Positions 41,386 through 51,600 of a stretch of 64,000 nucleotides of DNA are shown here, piece by piece (positions within the stretch are counted from its first letter, which is position 1; every line of letters begins with the position of its first letter). The stretch is from Styela clava (taxonomy: Eukaryota). The translations under genes were made by a program, and so were the position numbers. The stretch is from the NCBI RefSeq assembly GCF_964204865.1, contig NC_135258.1, positions 10,044,001-10,108,000 of the forward strand, given 5' to 3'. A model generated the notes under the pieces. It saw only the letters and a program-made list of their open reading frames with translations. It ran no database searches and was not told the DNA's origin.

Positions 41386-44300
41386 ATGAAAGTCATTGGT
41401 GCAGGATTATTGAAAACAGGCACGAATACATTACATGAAGCTTTTACTATTCTCGGTTACAAGTCCTACCATTATTTTGAGAGTGTATCATATCATGGAG
41501 AAGAACGGTCAAAAATATTGAATAAAGGATGGAAAACAGAAGATTTTAAACGGATGTACGAAAATTTAGATGCTGTATTTGATGGCCCGGGGCTCTATTT
41601 CTGGGAGGAAATTCATAAAGCTTTTCCTGAAGCCAAGGTGAAAGTCTTGATATAGAAAATATTAATACTACATTTTAATTTTGCTCTCCGTCTCGTTGAC
41701 TTCGAAATTATATATATATATTGCTGCGGCTCGTCTAGTATGTAACCAGAAGTATAAACTTATAGTGGGCGTGATATTTTTCCGTATTTCATTCGCGATT
41801 CCGCCGTCCCAAAATATGTCACTGCGACGTCACCACAATCATGTAATAGAGCTTACCAAAGACGATTGGAGACGATTACCCGCAAGTGTAAAGGTTTGCC
41901 GAAATAAGGAAAACGAGACAATGTTTGAAAATTTGTCCGAGTGAAATAAGTTCTTGGGCGACTTCTGAAATTTCAATTGTTCCGTCACCATCACGCAATT
42001 TTTGATTGGCCATTTTTATGACGATAAACAAGGAAGTCAATATCCATAGAAAGGTGGAAATTGGTCATAAACTATTTCCTCTTTTTCCGTATTACCATAA
42101 AAGTTCGTTTCAAAACTCCGAACCCAGTAAATCATATTTGTACGCTCTTTGCTCGTGTGAATTTCCCTAACTCTAAACTTTGGGACCAAAGGCCAATCTG
42201 TTTGAATATTATTTAGGGAGATTGAAATAATGATTTCATTTTTAGATTATCTTGACTGTTCGCGAAAACGAAGATGTGTGGCTTGAAAGTCTGATTAATC
42301 AAATGAAAGTTATGGAAAGCAATTTTCTATTTCGACTGATGGAATATCTCTCTCCATCTTACCGCAAAACAATCATCAACATCATGCTTCCCTTGTGTAA
42401 GTTCCATTTGTTCAATAAATAACATACGCTACGAACCAATACTTATTCAGTTGTATAACACCTATATCACGGACGATATCCAAGAAACTGTTAAATAAAG
42501 AGATAACAAAACAGTCAGCGCTAGGGATGTAAGTTTCGAATATTTCATTTTCGAATCGAATCCCGAATCTGATTCTATTTGGTATAGCACATTATCGTTA
42601 ACTTCCTTTAATTTGAAAGAGCAATAGCATAAATTGTAATTAAATAACAATAAGGAACTTGAAGAATGATTAAGTTAGTAGAAGAACACCTTGAATTTAT
42701 GCTTCAACTAGATAACATATTTGAGAATATTCATTTTTGTTACATAAAGTTACACTCAGTTATATTTACTTATTACCTAACTTTATGTTCGCAAATATGA
42801 CCCAAAGTATATACCGTAGATCATTTCTTCTAAAATTAAACTTCAAAATTCATCAAAATGATAAACGCCAGTGAAATATGCGTTATTGGCCTACCGCCTG
42901 CGCCGCGATTTTAATTAAAGAAAGAAAATGATAACGAAGGAAGCATCGCAGATCTATGTTTTTAATGAGGAATAATATTGTTATTACAATGACATCACAT
43001 AGGTAATTTAAAGACACGTTTATATAATGAGATATTTGTAAAACTTTTTTAGGATTTTAAATAGTCTAAAAAAAGTAACGAAACCTTTGGTCCCTCTAAA
43101 GCTGTGACCCATATGAAATTTAACAACCCTCGGAGTGTCACGACTTAGAAACGTTGTAAACGTAGGGAAAATAAACGCTTTTGGTCGGTGAGGAGACAAC
43201 GCCGCTGTGTCGTGCAATGGCCTCGTGTTATCTAAATTCTAAATTATTATTTTTTTAAAAATAGAATCAAGTCGTTTTTTTCAAATTGCTTCGAGTTTAT
43301 GTTGATTTGAATTGCTTCGATTCGAAATTCTGAAACTTACATCCCTAGTCAGCGCACACAAAGTGATAACGTCTACACGTTGATGATTAATTTATGACGT
43401 TTGGTAGGCCTAATTGAAACAAATGTCGATATTCGCTCTTAGGAAGAAAATTCCATGACTTAAGATTCGAAGTGTAAATAGAGCTTGAATTGAATGAGCA
43501 GACAATTTCAACTGGAAAACTGCGTGATATGAACACTATTAATTATCTTTTTAAGCCTAATTCTGAGTCTGATAAAACAGGGACGAGTCTGGACTTGTAG
43601 GTACATATATATTTGTTACACTACGAACATTCCTGAAGAGATTAAAGCAAAGCCAATGCAAAATGCTATGCTGCGATAATGAACTTAAAATTAAGAAATC
43701 GTTTCACTTTTTCAGCGAAAATATGCTTTGGAATGGATATCCGTAAAATTCGCTGGGAAAATCATCTTAACAGGGAATTGATCAAACAGAAATATCGAAT
43801 GCACAACAGATATGTGATGCAGGTTGTAATACTGTTGTAAACTTACCTCACAGAGTACATAGCCAAGACGAAATTTTGTAATTTTTTTTAAATGTAATTA
43901 CATATTTGGCCCCTACAAATAGGGAAAAGCCTAGCACACATCTCTCTAAAATAAATGTAATAACATTCCATAATCGAATAAAAGCAAAATCATAAATTAA
44001 TCACCCTTTGGTCAGTTGTTTTGGCAGTTATTTTTACATATCTGTTTCTTAACAGTATGTACTAGAAGCACATCAAAATTCTATTATTTATTGTCACCTT
44101 GCAAAACATATTCATGTGTAACTCTCAGCGCTTTCCATAGTTACTATAATCTATGTATTTCAAAGTTTGAGGTTAGGTTTAAACTATATTTTTTATTGTT
44201 AAAATAAAATCGTAAACATTACAGAATGCACCCAAAGACAAACTCTTAGTTTACAAAGCTTCAGAGGGATGGGAACCACTTTGTAAGTTTCTTGGTATTC

Positions 44301-44518
44301 CTATTCCTGACGAACCATTCCCACATAAAAACAAGAAAGGAAAAATCATCAATGAATATCTACAATACAATCCATTGGTGATTCGAATGAAAAGAGAGAT
44401 GTTTGTATCCTGTACTGTTCTGGCAATTGTGGTACCAATTGGTGGATATCTTCTGTATAAACGAGGAGTAAAAAATTTATATGAATCCTGTTTAAAGTTA
44501 TTTTGTGACTATGTTTAA
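41386..44518 (+). CDS. Sulfotransferase-like array copy 8, intact, divergent subfamily
   Basis: Exons 41386-41637, 42246-42396, 43716-43822, 44225-44518 join in frame: MKVIGAGLLKTGTNT, SYHYFE, DAVFDGP, YRMHNRYV, GWEPLCKFLGIP, TM tail. Confidence 0.85.
42522..43347. mobile_element. hAT MITE with Ac-like termini, 826 bp, in intron 2 of copy 8
   Basis: TIRs TAGGGATGTAAGTTTC / GAAACTTACATCCCTA with a perfect 8-bp TSD GTCAGCGC and subterminal TTCGA/TCGAA repeats. The paralogous site in copy 9 (~46975-46990) is empty. Confidence 0.93.
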
Positions 44519-44995
44519 AATATCACATCTCAAAACCTTATATCTAAGTTTGTAAAATAAAACTGAATCGTCTCCGAAAATATTTCGTTATTAATGTCAA
44601 GACAGAGGGGAAATAATATTATTTATGTAGACGTTCGTCAAAACCTTATACTTTCAACCAGAATTGACCTCATGGTCACAAGAAATGGAGATGATTCGCC
44701 CCATAATCTTAATCACAAACAGGGTTTTTTGACATATATGAATTACTTTTGTGTCTGAAGATTTTCTCGGGTATCATAGCTAGTCGCATAGTTAACACGA
44801 AGCCGCCAATCCTGATTCGGGAAGAGATGCAACGAGCTGATAACCATTTATAAGTCTCTATGTATATCTGCTATCGAGTTTACACAACTGCTACAAACTA
44901 TTTCTGATTGAATATATTTATTACAAAAACACTGCTATATAAACATCAAGATTCAAGTCCTAGGAAAAAGATTAAATGCAAAAATATTTCACAAA

Positions 44996-45140
44996 TCATA
45001 CAGACACCAGCATAGAAAGTGAAGCGCTTGTCTTTTGCGGTTGTTTCAAATTGAAGCCACCTCCTGCAAACCTCGCTCCGTCTGTACGTTTTGATTGAAT
45101 GATTGGCGCACTAGATCGAGCTAATGCAGGATCGCGTTCC
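44996..45140 (-). other. Duplicated CFAP58 terminal exon (orphan copy, reading frame open)
   Basis: After an intact AG acceptor (45141-45142) it reads ERDPALARSSAPIIQSKRTDGARFAGGGFNLKQPQKTSASLSMLVSV*. The true last exon reads ERDRALAQAGAPIIQPQRTDGARFAGGGFNLKQPQKTSA*. Confidence 0.85.
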
Positions 45141-45358
45141 CTAAAAATATACAAAATAAATGGTATAAACTGAGCACCGAGGCATGCTTGTCAATATGAT
45201 TGTCAATATGTGTGCCACTGACGCTTGAACCTCGCGCAATGAGGATATAAGTAAACATCACAGTGAGCTAGTGGCAGTCCTTTTAATTTTGCGCATCGGC
45301 GTATGTAGACAGTCTAGTGTGAAATCCTTGTCAGGAAATATACTACAGACAGGTTATC

Positions 45359-48083
45359 GTGAAAGTCATTGGTGCAGGATTATCGAAGACAGGCACCAAT
45401 ACCTTACATGAAGCTTTTACTATTCTCGGTTACAAGTCCTACCATTATTTTGAGAGTGTATCATATCATGGAGAAGAATGGTCGAGAATACTAGCTGAAG
45501 GATGGAAAACAGGAGATTTTAAACGGATGTACGCAAATTTAGATGCTGTATTTGATGGCCCGGGGTTCTATTTCTGGGAAGAAATTCATAAAGCTTTTCC
45601 TGAAGCTAAGGTAAAAGTGTTAATGCACAAAATATTAGCACTACAATTTGATTTGGCTTTCCGTCTCATTGACTCGAAAATTATGTATGTATGTTTGTTC
45701 ATTTGCCTCAAAATGTAATAGTATCTGTATAATAATTAAAAGTGTAAAAGAGACTGGATACATGTTCAAGACCTTACTGGCCTAAGACGCATGTGCGACA
45801 TGTACCCCTAACGAGTATAACAGCAGTTTAGGACTGCTGCGTTATATTAGGACAATATATATACATGAAATATGCTACAGGGCCTACAAATAAAACTCCA
45901 TTACAATACACAGGGCAAGAGTTACGGCACAACGACGATATGTACAATAGTTAAGTTATGGCACGTCCATGTCCTAGAATTCAGTGTGAATATATTTATA
46001 TGAATATTGCTGTGGCTCGTCTAGTTTATAACAACAAGTATATACTTATAGTGGGCGTGACATTTTTTTCGTATATATATCATTCGTGGCCCCCTCGCAA
46101 TTGCGCCATTCAAAAAAAAATACGTCACTGCGACTTCACCACAATCACGTAATAGAGGTAATACCTATTGCCAAAGAATGGGGACTATTAACCCAATCAT
46201 TGCGAAGAGCTCAAATGTATATGAATCTCATGCAACAAAATTCAAATCAAATTTCAACCACGAAAGCTTTTTTTATTCAATATATACCGGTATTTACGAC
46301 ATATATACAACTGAAATCTTCAAAATCTTGTCGAAATGATGAAAAGGAGACAATATTTGCAACCACGTTTGATATTTTGTCAGAGTCAAATATCTTCTTG
46401 AACGACGTTTTAAATTTTAATTGTCCCGTCACCGTTATGTAGTTGTTGATTGGCCATTCTTATGACGATAAACGAGGAAGTCAATATCCATAGAAGGATG
46501 GAAATTGGACATAAACTGTCGCCTGCTAAGCGTATTACCATAAAAGGTCGTTTAAACACTCCGAAACGAGTAAATCTCTCTCTCGCTTATTCCTCGTGTA
46601 AATTTCTTCAACTCTAAACTATGACACCAAAGGCCGACCCATTCAAATTTTGTTTAAAGAGATTGAAATAACTTATTCTCATTTTTAGATTATTTTATCT
46701 GTTCGCGAAAGCGAAGATGTGTGGCTTGAAAGTCTGATTAATCAAATGAAAGTTATGGAAAGCAATTTTCTTTTTCGACTGATGGAATATCTCTCTCCGT
46801 CTTACCGCGAAACAATCTCCGGCATCCTACTTCCCATGTGTAAGTTCCATCTGTTAATTAAATAAATAACAAACGCTGATAACCAATTTTTATTCATGCG
46901 TATTTAATTACACACCAAATGTGAAACACCCATATACAGGCAATATCCAAGAAGCTGCTGAATAAAGAGAGAACAAAACAAAGCGCAAACGAAGTGATAT
47001 CTCGTCTGTACAAGTTGATAATTGATCGCTTTTGGTAGGGAGAATTGAAATAAACGGCGCTTTTCGTCCCGACCGTAGGAAGATAAATTCATGATTTCGA
47101 ACCGGAGTTGTAAGTAGGGTTTGAATTAGCAAATAATTTTTACGATTGTGAAGCGGCGTGATATAAAACACTATATTCTTAGCCTACTTCTGACTTCGAA
47201 AAAGGGGTGTGTGTACTCTAGATCCCTTATGCTGCGATGACAAACTCAAATCTAATAAGTCGTTTCACTTTATCTTCAGCAAAAATATGCTTCGGAATAC
47301 CAGATCTCCGTGAAATTCGCTGGGAGAATCATCTTAACAGGGAATTGATGAAACAGAAATATCGAATGCACAACAGATATGTGATACAGGTTGTAATACT
47401 GTAAACTTACCTTGCCGAGTACATAGCCAAGACGAAATTTTGTTATTTGTTTTAATATAATTACATATTTGGCGCCCACAGATAGGAAAAAACTAATACA
47501 CATCTCTACAAAATAAACATATATATTTGCATTTCAGAATCGAAGGAAAGCAAAATCATAAATTAATGACTCTTTGGTCAGTTGGTTCGGAAGTTATTTT
47601 TACTTATCTGTTTCTTAACAGTATGTACTAGGCAAAAAGAGCAGGCTACTTCAAAATCCTGGTATTTTTGTCCTCTTGCAAAATATATTCATGCGTGACT
47701 CCTAGTGCTTTCCATAGTTACATCAATCTATATGTTTCAAAGTTTGAGTTTAGGTTTGAACTCTATTTTTCATTGTTGAAATAAAATTGCAAACATTACA
47801 GAATGCACCTAAAGACAAACTCTTGGTCTACAAAGCTTCAGAGGGATGGGAACCACTTTGTAAGTTTCTTGGTATTCCTGTTCCTGACGAACCATTCCCA
47901 CATAAAAACAAGAAAGGAAAAATCATCAGTGAGTATCTACAATACAATCCATTGGTGATTCGAATGAAAAGAGAGATGTTTGTATCCTGTACTGTTCTGG
48001 TAATTGTGGTACCAATTGCTGGATATATTCTATATAAACGAGGAGTGAACAATTTATTTGAATCCTGTTTAAAGTTGTTTTGA
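45359..48083 (+). CDS. Sulfotransferase-like array copy 9, recent duplicate of copy 8; ORF open but ATG->GTG (possible incipient pseudogene)
   Basis: Exons 45359-45610, 46689-46839, 47280-47389, 47802-48083 join in frame. GTTACCATG in copy 8 corresponds to GTTATCGTG here, and an in-frame TGA at 45320 excludes an unspliced upstream ATG. Confidence 0.7.
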
Positions 48084-48660
48084 ATATGCCTGAAATATCA
48101 CATATCAAAACCATATATATAAGTTTGTAGAATAAAACCGACGAATCTCCGAGAATATATTTATTATAAATGTCAAGACGGGGTAGAAACAATGTTATTT
48201 ATGTCGCGCACGCTTATGACGTAGATCCGTGCGTCAAAACCTTATACTTTCAACCTGAAATTTATATCAGATAACAAATATGTTACCCTGGATATAGAAA
48301 ACTTGAGATGAATCACCCCAAAATCTTAATTACAAACAGAGTTTTTCGCTTTCTATGAACTACTTTTGTGTCTAAAGATTTCTGTAGGTATCACAGCAAG
48401 TCCCAGATCTCATAGGAAACATATCATGAAGCCGCCAGTCATGAGTCGGAAAAACATGTTATTGTGCCATTACATGCCATTCATAAGCGTTTATATATAT
48501 TATCCCATCTGCTCTCATATTTGCACTACTGCTACAAACTATTTCTAATTGAATATATTTATTTCAAAAACAGTGCTATAGAAACATGAAGATTGAAATC
48601 CTATGAAAAAGAATGAAAGCAGAAATATTTTACAAATTATTCAGACAGTAGCATAGAAAG

Positions 48661-51600
48661 TTAAGCGCTTGTCTTTTGCGGTTGTTTCAAATTGAAGCCT
48701 CCTCCTGCAAACCTCGCTCCGTCTGTACGTTGTGGTTGAATAATCGGGGCACCAGCTTGTGCTAAAGCACGATCGCGTTCCCTGTAATATTTGCAAAATA
48801 AATTATATAAATTGAGTATCGGAGCATGCTTTTGCTATTGTCAGATAATGACGTCCATCCAACTTTGGGCACTTGGCCATGCCACCCCTTGCAAACTGAA
48901 AATGGGTACCGTAATCTGAGGTAACAAATTCACGTTTTCTGGTAGACTACTATGGCGATTTATTACAGCTTTTGGCATTTCAAATTCGAGTTATACTTGC
49001 TTGGAACTGCAATTTTATACATAACTCAGAATTTAAAAAAAATAAGTTTACTTCCTTCACAAAGGAACACTTTTTTGTAATAAACAGTCTTTTATAAAAA
49101 AAAAAACGTGGAGACAGTCGGCAGATAACCAAACATACTTGAGTTGCTGTTCTTTTTTCTTTTGAATGAAATACTTCTTCTTTATTTCTTGTAATTCACG
49201 AGCTAACCTTTCAATTTCATATTTATATTCTGAGGATTGAGCTTCGTACATGTTCAACTCTGATGCCAAGCGCTGGAAAAATAACAATAAGGATATATAT
49301 GACATTCAATGTAGTCAAACAAATACCAGAAATGTCTCATAAATCAAAATTAAAAACAAATAAAATGATTTAATTCAAAAACACTTTTACAATGTTTAAA
49401 CATATAACACATTATTGAGGAATGAGTTAGGATGGGATAGGATATATTTATCCCAGGGGAAAAGGAAAGTCGATAAGACCTCTTAATTATATGTTGAACG
49501 ATGGATGGCCTCTCGTCCAGCTACCAGTCAATATTGGGTATGAGATTAGTTATCCAGTCTTCGGATGCATGAATTCGATGTTAGAGGAAGTCATAACCGA
49601 CCACCCTGAGGCGGCGAGGAGTCCAGCAATCTTCTCGCACATAACTATCCCCGCCTAGGATTCGATCCTGCGAACCCAAGCAGGGTAATCAAAGGTGCGG
49701 TGGTGATCGTATTTCTAACACTTGCGCAACACCATCGAGTTAATGGTTTTTATTTGAGTGTAGTATTTGTTGCATTAGTCCAGTATAAATAATGTCACAC
49801 TTAGGTTATATCTTAATTCCTAAGTTTCTGTTGTGTAGTGTAGAGTTGCATATCAATTTGACTGCGATTATTGTATAGTTGGTAGCCTGAGAAACTGAGG
49901 GCATTCAGCTATAGTGCAATGAATGTCGATTTTAAAATCTTCAGTTATTTCGATTCCTGATCAAAACAAGTTAGATAACCAAAAACTTTCACATTAAACA
50001 GCCATGCATGAGAAGTGAATGTGGGTATTCTATCAGATAATAGTATCAGCACGATGGATGGCACATCATGACAAGAAATAGGAAGACGCTTGTAGTTGCA
50101 CTTCTTATTTCCCTGCATAAGTTCGCAAGGTCGAAACCCACAGAGGTTAGTAATTTGCAAGAGGAGTTCTGGACTACCTGCCGCCATCGGGTGGTTCACC
50201 TAACTACTGAACATTCACAACATCAAGTTTATGCATCATAAACAAATAGCAGGTCAACTATTTTCATACCTGTTATGGACTGATAACGGGCCAAGAGGTC
50301 ATGACCTATGATCAAGATGTATTTAGGATTTCCTCTCCCCGTTATAATTATAAAATTATTATCCTATTGATTCACCTTCATTTGCTTTGTTTTATCTCTC
50401 AGTGTTTGTTGATAAATTTGTAATTGCTCAGCAACTTCAGGACCTGGTTGTCGAGCTAGAATGTGTTTCAATTCAACATAAAGTTTTTCCTTCTCCTGAA
50501 TCATGAGTTCTTTTTCAACAACTTCTTCTGTCTTCCCAATTAATCGTCTTTGTAAAGCCTGAGAGGACAGAATTGACTGAAGTTAGATTGTTAATGTAGA
50601 TTGAAACTATCTTGATTGGAATTATTATATTCATTTTTTTACATGAAAGTTTTCGCCATAAATTAGCAAAATCCAAACTGACTTTCGTTGAGTATGAGAC
50701 TGAGGGAAAAAGGAAATTTTGGACAGACCCGTAGATTGCATAATATTTCTTGAGTTCCGTTAACTAATTAGCACGTGGTTAGAAACAATGATCTTGACTT
50801 CCAATCAAGCTTCAGATTAAAGCGATGACTTTTAACTACTCGCTATCAAACAAGTTGATAATACATCGCTATTTATACTCAATAAATATTTTGTAGTTCT
50901 GAAGAGCCCATACGAATAAGATATTTTAAATGGAAACAAAAAAAATTTAAAAAAGAAGAAAAACTAACCTGTATTTTTTGTATCATTTCATAAGCACTCG
51001 GATCCGATCCTTCTAATTTTCTCCATCTGTGAATATTCATTGGATTTTCAAGTTCTTCCTCCAATGCTTTACAACGTGTTCGTTCCCGAAGTAGTTCACG
51101 TTGAATGTGATAAACCTCTCTCCTGCGAATTAAAATAAAATATAAAGTATCTCCGATCCGAACACACATAATTATGTGCAAAAGAATTGATCGAATCTTC
51201 TTAGACGCCACAGGACCTTAAACCACTGGCCGGTCACGGCTTTTTCCACTGTTCAAGTATATGTATGTGAAATAATAGCTGGTACCAATTTGGAATCGAG
51301 ACTGGTTACCGAACAATATGGTTTGTCATGTACTGTTTTATCACCCTTTCATAATATATTTGTTGTCTGATTAAAATTATAACTTGGTTCTGTGTGAATA
51401 CGAAAGAGTATTTTCCTCACCGACCTATTATTCTCATACACGACATGGAATGGTGACTTGACGAAAGGCCATAGTTTTCCATATGACTAAGCTGTGTTAT
51501 TGGATTTCTTTTTCCCAGACGGAAATACAAAAATCCTATCCCTACTCAATATGAGAAGTTTTACCTCAAATCTTCCACACTTGCAACACTCTTTGTAAGA

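Noticed and set aside
14628-48083. Array as an SL trans-spliced operon (AG just before some ATGs, e.g. CTTCAG|AATG at 31373)
   Set aside because: Intergenic gaps are 0.6-4 kb with TEs, unlike tight ascidian operons; cannot be supported without 5'-end data.
50221-50320. Possible intronic C/D snoRNA in CFAP58 (CATC...GATG terminal stem)
   Set aside because: No convincing RUGAUGA/CUGA boxes on the transcribed strand.
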